A stretch of 64,000 nt of DNA from IMG/VR virus record IMGVR_UViG_3300043496_000014, positions 2,245 through 66,244 of that record; one strand, 5' to 3'. Position numbers and translations under genes: made by a program. The DNA is from a virus (taxonomy: Duplodnaviria > Caudoviricetes). Each line of letters starts with the position of its first letter. Positions within the stretch are counted from its first letter, which is position 1. This document shows positions 18,195 through 26,435 of the stretch, piece by piece. The notes beneath the pieces were generated by a model. That model worked only from the letters and a program-made list of their open reading frames with translations, searched no databases and was not told the origin of the DNA.

Positions 18195-18460
18195 ATTGCC
18201 TTTGCCTTTGTTGGTTTCTGCTTACGCCACCATGTAGCGTACTGTCTTAGCCAGTCACCATGATTCTTACCAGCACATTCACACTGACATGCACTGCTAT
18301 CAGTGTGCGCCTGTAGGCAGTTAGCAGTGCAGTAGTTGGGTACGTCACGTATTGTGAACGGTGTATGGCTCACTTGTTTGTTCCTATTCCTGCTTTGCAA
18401 TGAGGCATTCCTTGCAGTTAGGTTCCAGCATACTTTTGTTCTGTAAGTGTGGGTTACCAA
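18191..18460 (-). CDS. Cys-rich protein (CxxxC..CxCxCxGxNHG), start uncertain
   Basis: CTANCLQAHTDSSACQCECAGKNHG, similar to the 10050-10340 protein. Confidence 0.65.
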   Translation of the reverse strand: MVTHTYRTKVCWNLTARNASLQSRNRNKQVSHTPFTIRDVPNYCTANCLQAHTDSSACQCECAGKNHGDWLRQYATWWRKQKPTKAKAI

Positions 18461-18574
18461 ACACTGACACTACAAACAGTGTTAGGTATTCACCACACCA
18501 TGCTACTCTGGTCTGTTCATCCCTAATGGCATGCTTGGTGCTCTTAGCACCAACGTATCCATACAGTGCCATGC

Positions 18575-18811
18575 TTAGTTAGCCTCCACCCATACACGTG
18601 CATCCTGGTACACACCACTCATGGTGACCTTCAGATTGGTCATGGGGCCAAACTTGGTACTGTTGTGCATCAACCGTGCACCACGATCCATTTCCTCGAT
18701 AACCACACTGCGCGAGCCGTCCGTACGAATCATGCTAGTGATGTAGTTGTAAGTACCCTCGATACGCTCGCGTGTGACGGTAACCTGTGGAGTGCTGGTG
18801 AATGGCGACAT
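18575..18811 (-). CDS. hypothetical protein
   Basis: First gene after the promoter at 18850-18878. Confidence 0.65.
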   Translation of the reverse strand: MSPFTSTPQVTVTRERIEGTYNYITSMIRTDGSRSVVIEEMDRGARLMHNSTKFGPMTNLKVTMSGVYQDARVWVEAN

Positions 18812-18849
18812 GGTGTGTGTCCTGTCTCTGTGTTTGGTGCGCTGAAGCA

Positions 18850-18899
18850 ATGATAGCACACACCACCCCTTATTGCAATACCCATTTTAGTCTGTTTTG
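18850..18899 (-). promoter_or_regulatory. early sigma70 promoter with upstream box
   Basis: TTGCAA-17-TATCAT; upstream AAAACAGACTAAAATGGGTA. Confidence 0.8.
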
Positions 18900-19192
18900 G
18901 GCACTGTACGTCTAGAACCTGTACGTGGTTGTGGTTTGTAGCGTGAAGGTTCAGGCAAGTCAGGACAACGCATGCTCCAGGTGATATCAGGCACAAGTGC
19001 ACCCAGTATGAACACTAGACCACATTTACACGGTGCTTGACTGCATACCATACGTCCATCACTACCATGATGCCAGTGTCCCTTACGTTGTAGCTCACAG
19101 TCCAGTGTATGTGTGCAGTACTTAAAGAACTGTTTAGCTAGTTCCTTAAACTCTGCATGCCATTCATTTTCACTGTTGTACGGTTGCTGCAT
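18887..19192 (-). CDS. hypothetical protein (H..C...C.CGL)
   Basis: 101-aa ORF. Confidence 0.6.
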   Translation of the reverse strand: MQQPYNSENEWHAEFKELAKQFFKYCTHTLDCELQRKGHWHHGSDGRMVCSQAPCKCGLVFILGALVPDITWSMRCPDLPEPSRYKPQPRTGSRRTVPKTD

Positions 19193-19197
19193 GCTGT

Positions 19198-19419
19198 CTA
19201 CGCTACCTGCTTTATGGGAGTAGGGTTGTCCATAGGAGGAAGGCTACCAGAGGCTGTGAGCGTCGATTCTAGGGCACTCCTTTGCAGGGCAGCTATGGAG
19301 AGGCTACTAGCACCCTTGACCCACGCCACGAGGCACCCACGAGCAGCTAGGCACACCCACGCACCCTGGACCCTTACCAAGTCCCTGCTAGGCAGTGCCT
19401 GACCACAGATGACACACAT
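19198..19419 (-). CDS. small zinc-finger protein, paralog of the adjacent gene
   Basis: CVICG...VC-x5-CL-x2-W...SAL. Confidence 0.6.
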   Translation of the reverse strand: MCVICGQALPSRDLVRVQGAWVCLAARGCLVAWVKGASSLSIAALQRSALESTLTASGSLPPMDNPTPIKQVA

Positions 19420-19423
19420 ACTG

Positions 19424-19669
19424 TTAATCCTTACCTGTAGTAGGTGCGTAGTTCTCTACATGTTCATCTAGTGCAGACTCGTAGATAGGCATGATCTGTC
19501 CTATGGGTGTGTTTACTATCCAACGTGTGAGACACATACGCCTGTTCTTACAGACTCGTTGGTTTACACGCACAACTAGGTTTGCTGCATAGTCCCATGT
19601 AAACCCACACAGGAAGCACTGTGTTGCTTGTGTTGTGCTCATGTTGTTACCACCAGTCTTGTGTGCCAT
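19424..19669 (-). CDS. small zinc-finger protein
   Basis: CFLCG...VC-x5-CL-x2-W...SAL. Confidence 0.6.
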   Translation of the reverse strand: MAHKTGGNNMSTTQATQCFLCGFTWDYAANLVVRVNQRVCKNRRMCLTRWIVNTPIGQIMPIYESALDEHVENYAPTTGKD

Positions 19670-19889
19670 ACACGTGCCTGTTGTATACAGTCAAACATGG
19701 CAAAGGTGTTTAGTTCGTCACGTCCAAGTACAGCAGCTACAGCCTGTGCCATTTGTTCGATAACATCAGTGTAGCTCAGGTGTTCCTGTGGTGGTGCGTG
19801 TGACTGCCAACGTGCACACCTGGATATGTCACCCTCCTGTGTCTGTCCTACAAACGCACACCTTGGCTGTGGTGCCATCTGGCTAGGTT

Positions 19890-20180
19890 TCATTGTTCCT
19901 CGTGTCCAAACCCAAATCCACTACCAAATGGTGAGTCTATTACGCTGACCTTGGCATACGTACCACAGAAGTCACAGCTAACGGTACAAGCCACAAACAA
20001 CGTGCTATTGTCTTCACCCTCAATAACAGATATGCAAGCAAAGCTGCTTGTGTTGGCAGATATACCGCACCACAAACACACATGTGCACGCATATTGCCT
20101 GCTAGTGTAGCTAGAAACCACTTAGATATGGATGGTGGAAACTCTACTGCTTGTCCATCAGTCATGCGTGACAGTGGCAT
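19890..20180 (-). CDS. zinc-ribbon protein
   Basis: CLWCG...CDFCG. Confidence 0.6.
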   Translation of the reverse strand: MPLSRMTDGQAVEFPPSISKWFLATLAGNMRAHVCLWCGISANTSSFACISVIEGEDNSTLFVACTVSCDFCGTYAKVSVIDSPFGSGFGFGHEEQ

Positions 20181-20449
20181 GGTACTTAGCTACCCTTCTT
20201 TTACTCTATGCGAGTTTCGGCTAAGAACGTGTTGAATTCTTCCACGAAATTACGTCCACTCTGTCCCTGTTCTACACGCCACTCTCTGTACTCGTTAGTA
20301 TCAGTTGGGCCACAAGTTGCACGCCAATACTGCAACTCTAGCCATGCGCTATACATCACTGCAAGCTGCATTTCGTCCAATAGGTGCATGGTATGTGCGT
20401 GGGGCCAGTACTTGTGTACTAGCCCCACCCTCCTGTGTGATGTGTGCTG

Positions 20450-21952
20450 CTACTGGATAACCACACTCTCTACAAAGTAGAGGGTATCCAGGCTACGGGT
20501 GACTGCCACGTACTTCAGGTTGGTTTCTTGCACCTGCTGCCAGGGCTGTGTAGCGTACTTGGATGGCATCAGGTGTCCGTCCAGGATGTAGACGGTATGT
20601 GCCTCCATCCCTTTTGCTCTGTGAATGGTGCTCAACGTTGTGCGGTGTCCGTTGCCATCATCGGTGAACAGTGAACGGATGACACCAATCACACTAAACA
20701 CGCTTCTGTCATCCTCTGGCAGTCCATCAATGATGGCCAGAATACTTTCATACTGATCCATCAGTCGTTCAGCCTTGGACTCGTTACGCTTGGCCATTGC
20801 TGCTTGCACTTCACGCTGAGTGTAGGTGTCTAGCTTGTCGGCTAGTTCCTCCAGGTTTGCAGCACGCATTTTCTGAACCAGTGACACAAGCTGTTCACCA
20901 ATGTCACGTCCCATAACCTTCACTGCCTTGTGTGCCTTCAAGAAACGGTAGGCCAGTGTGACCAGTGGAGCGGTGTTACGGCACAGCACAAGGTCCAGGG
21001 TGGTAAAGCTAGCCAGTTCCATCGTGTCTAGCTTCTTGACGGTACCTTCTGGTGCGTTCTCACGTGCTTCAATGTCAGGCACAATGCGCTGTGCCAGAGC
21101 AACCACCTTACGTGGGCAACGGTACGAAATACTGAGTGGGAACCGTGCACACTTGAAGTCATCCTGGATAGCTTGCATGGCACTGGAATCCGCACCACGA
21201 AATGCGTAGATAGCCTGTGCCTCATCACCAACAAACACCGCACGTGCGTCCCTACCCAACATTCGAGCAATCAACAGGCGTTGAATCTTGTTGGTATCCT
21301 GTGCTTCATCCACCATCAGGTGACTGTACTTGATAAGTGGAGCGTTCAGTAGCCAGCACAGGTACAGCATGTCATCAAAGTCAATGGAGTCAAGGGTGTC
21401 ATTGTTGATGGCCAGTGCTTCACGTGCAATCTTCAGTGCCACGTGGGTGTTGTCAGTGTTTTGGCCATCCTCTGAGAATTCGATGTCGTATCGCTCAACG
21501 AGTGCCAACAACTCTGATTCGTCACACTCTGGCATCAGTGCGTTAGCCTTCATCAGCCCAACAAGCTGACGCACACCCTTACGCACTGCCTCAATGGTAG
21601 TGGCACCGTACGTGTTGTGCATGGAGTCCAGGATGTTGTGCACCTTGTTGCTCTGCACCCACCCTCGTGAATTGGCGTACTGTGCACAGGCAGGGTGGCG
21701 ACGTAGTGCCTGCATGCACACACTGTGGAACGTAGCTGCCTGCACGTGCTTAGGCAATCGGCGCTGTAGCTCAGTAGCAATTGCCTTGTTGAAGGCAAGG
21801 AAGGCAGCACGTGTGCCCACAGGTGAAATCTCGTCACTGAGCATGCACAGGGTGCTGGTCTTACCACTCCCTGCCTTGGCGCTAACAATCGCGTTGCCAG
21901 TGTCGTTGCGCAACCAGTCAATGATTGCCTGCTGGTAGATGCTTGGTGCCAT
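20450..21952 (-). CDS. UvrD/Rep-like SF1 helicase
   Basis: AKAGSGKTS, AFNK, TFHS, VDEAQD, VGDEAQAIYAFRGA, SYRCP, STIHRAKGME, YVAVTR; start MAPSIYQ after AGGAG. Confidence 0.95.
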   Translation of the reverse strand: MAPSIYQQAIIDWLRNDTGNAIVSAKAGSGKTSTLCMLSDEISPVGTRAAFLAFNKAIATELQRRLPKHVQAATFHSVCMQALRRHPACAQYANSRGWVQSNKVHNILDSMHNTYGATTIEAVRKGVRQLVGLMKANALMPECDESELLALVERYDIEFSEDGQNTDNTHVALKIAREALAINNDTLDSIDFDDMLYLCWLLNAPLIKYSHLMVDEAQDTNKIQRLLIARMLGRDARAVFVGDEAQAIYAFRGADSSAMQAIQDDFKCARFPLSISYRCPRKVVALAQRIVPDIEARENAPEGTVKKLDTMELASFTTLDLVLCRNTAPLVTLAYRFLKAHKAVKVMGRDIGEQLVSLVQKMRAANLEELADKLDTYTQREVQAAMAKRNESKAERLMDQYESILAIIDGLPEDDRSVFSVIGVIRSLFTDDGNGHRTTLSTIHRAKGMEAHTVYILDGHLMPSKYATQPWQQVQETNLKYVAVTRSLDTLYFVESVVIQ

Positions 21953-22001
21953 TGCCACGTTGTTTCTCCTGTGGGCTGTCTCTGCTAGCCCCCACACACA
22001 T

Positions 22002-22050
22002 AGTATGCCTGATGCAGGCACCCAGTGTCAATACCCATTATGGACGTTTT
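22002..22050 (-). promoter_or_regulatory. early sigma70 promoter with upstream box
   Basis: TTGACA-18-CATACT; upstream AAAACGTCCATAATGGGTA. Confidence 0.85.
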
Positions 22051-22057
22051 GAGCACT

Positions 22058-22474
22058 CTACCCTATGCACTCTTGTTTGCTACACGGTTCAAAGCAAATA
22101 CCGTGTTGTAGGGAAGCCTCCAGCATGGTAGTGACACCTAGTCCTGCTAGGTACGTATTGCACTGTGCTTCACTAACAATAATGTACGGACCAGAATTTG
22201 GGTTGTGTGGTTCCCATGCGTGTACGTGTGGTGTCTCCTGTACCTGTTTCTGCTTGTGCTGACCAATGTGCCACACGTTAGTAATCATGATGGTGCTGAT
22301 AGCCATGTTGTATCCAGCTATCTCACCAGTCATTTCAATGTACGTGTGGGAACGTGGTGCATGCTTTGCACGCTTTTGTTTCAATTCATCCACGTTACCT
22401 TGGTACACATGCACCAATGCCTGGAGCACACTATACGGTGTCTGCTCACCATCACTATCAAGAATCAACATCAC
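22058..22474 (-). CDS. hypothetical protein
   Basis: 138-aa ORF with GGAG SD. Confidence 0.6.
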   Translation of the reverse strand: MMLILDSDGEQTPYSVLQALVHVYQGNVDELKQKRAKHAPRSHTYIEMTGEIAGYNMAISTIMITNVWHIGQHKQKQVQETPHVHAWEPHNPNSGPYIIVSEAQCNTYLAGLGVTTMLEASLQHGICFEPCSKQECIG

Positions 22475-22743
22475 TCGTTACTCCATTCCTGTTGAACCGT
22501 GAACGTGAACGGTACGGACTCACGTGCATCACAACTACCCACACATACACGTGCATGCGTGCATGTGGTCATGTACCCTTGCATGTGGTGCATCATGTCT
22601 GCCAGTGGATCAGTTGTACCAGACGCATTTCTACTTGACGTATGCACTAGTTCACCATCCACATACATTTCAACAGTATATGGACGACCACTAATCAACG
22701 CACTATGCATTACTAGATGCACCTTGCGTACTCGTGTACCCAT
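22471..22743 (-). CDS. hypothetical protein (start uncertain)
   Basis: ORF downstream of the promoter at 22789-22818. Confidence 0.5.
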   Translation of the reverse strand: MGTRVRKVHLVMHSALISGRPYTVEMYVDGELVHTSSRNASGTTDPLADMMHHMQGYMTTCTHARVCVGSCDARESVPFTFTVQQEWSNE

Positions 22744-22788
22744 TGCACTAGACACCGTATCTGTGCCTCCCACCATCAGACTGAAAAC

Positions 22789-22818
22789 AGTGTAGCACCA
22801 ACCAGCAGATACTGTCAA
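22789..22818 (-). promoter_or_regulatory. early sigma70 promoter
   Basis: GTA-TTGACA-18-TACACT. Confidence 0.75.
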
Positions 22819-23004
22819 TACAAGGTGTGCTGTCCGTTTAGGGTGCTGCATTATTGCCTCCTGGGTACAAGGTGTGCTAAGCTGTGCGTAGTGGCCTAGT
22901 GGTACAGGTGGGCAGGAAAGCCGCATTAGGAGACGTTGACATCGGCTGCCGCCTCCTAGGAACCCCTGTGCAAGGCAAGGAAATTACGAGGATTGGTGCA
23001 ACAC

Positions 23005-23376
23005 ATGACAAGCGTACTTATGGTGAAGGTTTCACCAGAATTCAAGGCAGCTATCGAGGAAGCTGCCAATGTAGATGCAGATGCAGACGGTAACCTGAGT
23101 GAATTTATCAGGGAATGTGTAGCCACGTCCATTGGCTACGATTTGAGCAGTGATACTGCAATGGATGGACGTGGTAGACCACGTACGTACGAAACAGATG
23201 AACAGCGTATGCAGGCTAGGCGTGAAGCTGAACGTGCACGGCAGCTACACCGTAAGCAGGTGGTAGAAGCCATCATGAAACAGAACCGACTAGAAAGCAT
23301 AGATGCTCTGGAGGCATGGCTAGCACAACGAGGTATCAGTGTTACAGACGACGTGGAATTAGCTCAGTCGGCGTAA
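23005..23376 (+). CDS. RHH-like DNA-binding protein, paralog of 2727-3257
   Basis: VLMVKVSPEFKAAIEEAA...NLSEFIRECVATSIGYDL...GRPRTY. Confidence 0.75.
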   Translation: MTSVLMVKVSPEFKAAIEEAANVDADADGNLSEFIRECVATSIGYDLSSDTAMDGRGRPRTYETDEQRMQARREAERARQLHRKQVVEAIMKQNRLESIDALEAWLAQRGISVTDDVELAQSA

Positions 23377-23641
23377 CTACCACCATACCTGTGCCGATTG
23401 CTTCCAGTAGCAATGACACGTTACCCTGGTTTGCATGCGTGTAGCCTAGCTGTGCTGCTACACGCTGCAAGCCTATGTGTGCGTTAACAGATAACCGTGC
23501 ACTAATCAGGCGTTTAGGTGCATCAGTTTTAGGTGGCCTAAGTGCATGTCCATTCAAGTGTTTCTTGATAATCTCTACAGCTTGTGCATCATCTTCATAC
23601 ACATAGTGTGGTCGTTCGTTGTTGCTATTACCATCACTCAT
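23342..23641 (-). CDS. RHH-like protein
   Basis: ISARLSVNAHIGLQRVAAQLG...NVSLLLEAIGTG. Confidence 0.65.
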   Translation of the reverse strand: MSDGNSNNERPHYVYEDDAQAVEIIKKHLNGHALRPPKTDAPKRLISARLSVNAHIGLQRVAAQLGYTHANQGNVSLLLEAIGTGMVVVTPTELIPRRL

Positions 23642-24080
23642 CTGTTTGTTCCTCCACTTTAATCCAACCTGTACCTACTGCTTCGAGTACTGCTGCCATA
23701 CACTGTGGGCCATCAACGTAGGTAGGTGCACCTACTATGCGTCTACTTGGTACGTACGCTATGCCTAGAAGCATGGCCCACTTACTGGCATCAACCAATG
23801 CGTCACGTGTCAGTGTCACCTTACGTCGTCTGCGTGGTGAGTACAAACGCCACTCAGGTGACATACCTGCTTCTAACATCTCATGGTCATACTCGCGTAT
23901 CTCTGGTGGTCTGTTGTCCACTAACTGTTGTCTCACTATCCATTCAAAGTAGTGGTGTATGCCTTTGGCATTGTCCCTACCATGTTGGAACCCTAGCCTA
24001 CGTCCTACATCAACAAGTACGTCATATGCTTCATCTGTGATGTACAGGACACAGCTTACTGTCTGACTCAAATCGTTCAT
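23634..24080 (-). CDS. tandem RHH-like protein
   Basis: Two strand-helix units, ending LEAVGTGW like its neighbour. Confidence 0.6.
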   Translation of the reverse strand: MNDLSQTVSCVLYITDEAYDVLVDVGRRLGFQHGRDNAKGIHHYFEWIVRQQLVDNRPPEIREYDHEMLEAGMSPEWRLYSPRRRRKVTLTRDALVDASKWAMLLGIAYVPSRRIVGAPTYVDGPQCMAAVLEAVGTGWIKVEEQTDE

Positions 24081-24097
24081 AGGTCACCCATTCCTGT

Positions 24098-24127
24098 AGT
24101 ATATACAGTCTTCCCTCTCCGAGTCAA
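24098..24127 (-). promoter_or_regulatory. sigma70 promoter
   Basis: TTGACT-18-TATACT. Confidence 0.7.
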
Positions 24128-24313
24128 GGTGGCCAACTGGTACCTGTTCTTAGCTGCTTACCTATGGTAAGATGGCAGTAGGTACCCTATGACTACCGTA
24201 ACACCTGTACAACACACATGTGTCTACTGTAAGGTACGTCTCACTATTAAAGTGAAGACAACAGATGGCTATGTGTGTCCTGAGTGTTACCATACACGAG
24301 TCATGACACAAAG

Positions 24314-24868
24314 ATGACTGACCACGATTCTGGTGCCAACTACCCACGTATCAGGCTTGTGCGTCCACAAGGAAGTGACGTACGCACACCTGAAGAAATA
24401 CGTGAAGGTGTAGTACCTCCACCAAGTGGAGAACGACCAACAGATGAGCAGGTGTTGCAGTCACTGATTGCTAACAACTGCATACCTGTACGTGTGAGTG
24501 CGTGTCTAGGGATAACTGAAGAATACGTACTGGCAGTAGCCATACGTAATACACGTGCACTTAGCACCATGATGCGTGCACGGTTGATGATGAGTAGCTT
24601 TACTACCCTTATCAAAATGGATGCTGTGATGCAAGTAGCTATGGAGGATATGCCTGCTGATGCTTTGGGACGCACCTACGCTGCAACACTCACAGCATTC
24701 ACCAATCTTGCTGGACAGTTTGAGGAAAAGATTACAGACAATGACACTGATGATGCTGCTGCTGCTAAGGATAGTATGCTGGAACGCCTAGAGAAAATGG
24801 GTAAACGTGAAGCTGCACAGCAGGCATTGTATAACGACAATGAATCTGTTGGTGGTACTGCATCGTGA
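24314..24868 (+). CDS. putative terminase small subunit
   Basis: Position and GTGA overlap with terL; helical with HTH-like N-terminal part. Confidence 0.6.
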   Translation: MTDHDSGANYPRIRLVRPQGSDVRTPEEIREGVVPPPSGERPTDEQVLQSLIANNCIPVRVSACLGITEEYVLAVAIRNTRALSTMMRARLMMSSFTTLIKMDAVMQVAMEDMPADALGRTYAATLTAFTNLAGQFEEKITDNDTDDAAAAKDSMLERLEKMGKREAAQQALYNDNESVGGTAS

Positions 24869-26241
24869 CAGTATCAATCGGCGAAACGATTGCACGTAAG
24901 CTTACGTTCCATGATCTACGTAAGTTTATGACCCTTACAGAAATTGCTGACATGATACGTTCACTTGATATGTCTGAAGCATACAAGTTGAAGTATGACT
25001 ATGATTTTTGGGCACGTCCTACACAGAGAATGCCTAAAGGTACGTGGCGGTGTTGGTTCCAGAAGGGTGGCAGAGGATCAGGTAAAACGTGGACAGGTGC
25101 TAACGTAGTTAAGAAGTGGGCTAAAGACTTTGAGCGTATATTAATCATAGGTAGAACAGCATACGATGTCAGAGACACTATGATAGAAGGTCAGTCAGGT
25201 ATATTGTCAGTTAGTCCAAAGCAGTGGCGTCCTGAATACGAGCCTAGCAAGCGTAGGTTGACATGGCCCAATGGTGCACAGGCACTGTTGCGTTCGGCAG
25301 ATGAACCAGACAGTGTACGTGGGCCACAGTTCCATAAAGCATGGGGTGATGAACTAGCTAGTTGGCGATACGGTAAAGAAACGTGGGACAACGTAATGTT
25401 GGCACTACGTTTAGGTGATGATCCACAGATTGTGGTGACTACCACACCAAGACCAACAAAGCTTGTAAAAGATATACTAGCCCTTAACACCACAATAGTT
25501 ACTACTGATTCCACATACGCTAACGTAGAGAATCTAGCTGAATCATGGGCCAATGACATCATTAGAATGTACCGTGGTACCAGAACAGGACTACAGGAGC
25601 TAGAGGGTAGAGTACTAGACGATAATCCTTACTCACTATGGACACGTGCTAAGCTAGATGAAACACGAGTCTATCGTACACCTGATCTAGATGAAATAGT
25701 AATTGCAGTAGACCCAATGGTAGCTGATCTAACAGCTAAGGAAATACGTAACGAGGGTAGACTAGAATACGATACAGAGCAATCTGAAACAGGCATTGTA
25801 GTAGTGGGACGTGCAGGTATAAAGGGTGACCTAGAATCAGAAGGTTATACCCTGGATGACATGTCCATGCGTGGTACTCCATTGCAGTGGTGTACACAGG
25901 CAGTGACTGCATACTACAGGTATGGTGCTGATTCTATAGTTGCTGAAGCTAACCAGGGTGGTGCATTGGTGAAAGCAGCTATACATGCTGTTGACCCTAA
26001 TGTACCTGTAGTGTTGGTGCATGCATCAAAAGGTAAGAAGACACGTGCAGAGCCTGTTAGCAACATCTTTGCACAAGGTAGAGGGCACCATATGGGGTTG
26101 TTCCCACAGTTGGAAGACCAGTTGTGCGAGTGGCAACCAGGAATGCCTAGCCCTGACAGGTTAGATGCTGAAGTATGGGGTTATACGTACCTGATGGTTG
26201 ATCCTGAAGTGCAACGTATTGCAGTGATGGGTGACGACTAA
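24865..26241 (+). CDS. terL: terminase large subunit
   Basis: GGRGSGKT Walker A, RGPQFHKAWGDE Walker B, TTTPRP, nuclease motifs AVDP...EANQGG...SPDRLDA. Confidence 0.97.
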   Translation: MTVSIGETIARKLTFHDLRKFMTLTEIADMIRSLDMSEAYKLKYDYDFWARPTQRMPKGTWRCWFQKGGRGSGKTWTGANVVKKWAKDFERILIIGRTAYDVRDTMIEGQSGILSVSPKQWRPEYEPSKRRLTWPNGAQALLRSADEPDSVRGPQFHKAWGDELASWRYGKETWDNVMLALRLGDDPQIVVTTTPRPTKLVKDILALNTTIVTTDSTYANVENLAESWANDIIRMYRGTRTGLQELEGRVLDDNPYSLWTRAKLDETRVYRTPDLDEIVIAVDPMVADLTAKEIRNEGRLEYDTEQSETGIVVVGRAGIKGDLESEGYTLDDMSMRGTPLQWCTQAVTAYYRYGADSIVAEANQGGALVKAAIHAVDPNVPVVLVHASKGKKTRAEPVSNIFAQGRGHHMGLFPQLEDQLCEWQPGMPSPDRLDAEVWGYTYLMVDPEVQRIAVMGDD

Positions 26242-26435
26242 TGAGCACCAACCTTAACACAGACAAAGTGGTGTACTACAAGTGTGGTACATGTGGCACA
26301 AAGTTTGGTGAGTTCCCTAATGCTACTGTGGTAAACGAACATTTCAAAACATGCACTGCGTATCTAGGTAGTGATGCAGTAAAGAAGGAACGACCACTAG
26401 TCTTCTATCAAGCAGACAGAGGCAGTGAACAATGA
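26241..26435 (+). CDS. small C2H-type zinc-finger protein
   Basis: YKCGTCG...F......EH..TC; coupled to both neighbours. Confidence 0.6.
   Translation: MSTNLNTDKVVYYKCGTCGTKFGEFPNATVVNEHFKTCTAYLGSDAVKKERPLVFYQADRGSEQ

Noticed and set aside
4802-24127. CRISPR array or integron attC array
   Set aside because: Repeats are degenerate promoters at irregular, gene-sized spacing; no cas or integrase gene and no attC-like palindromes
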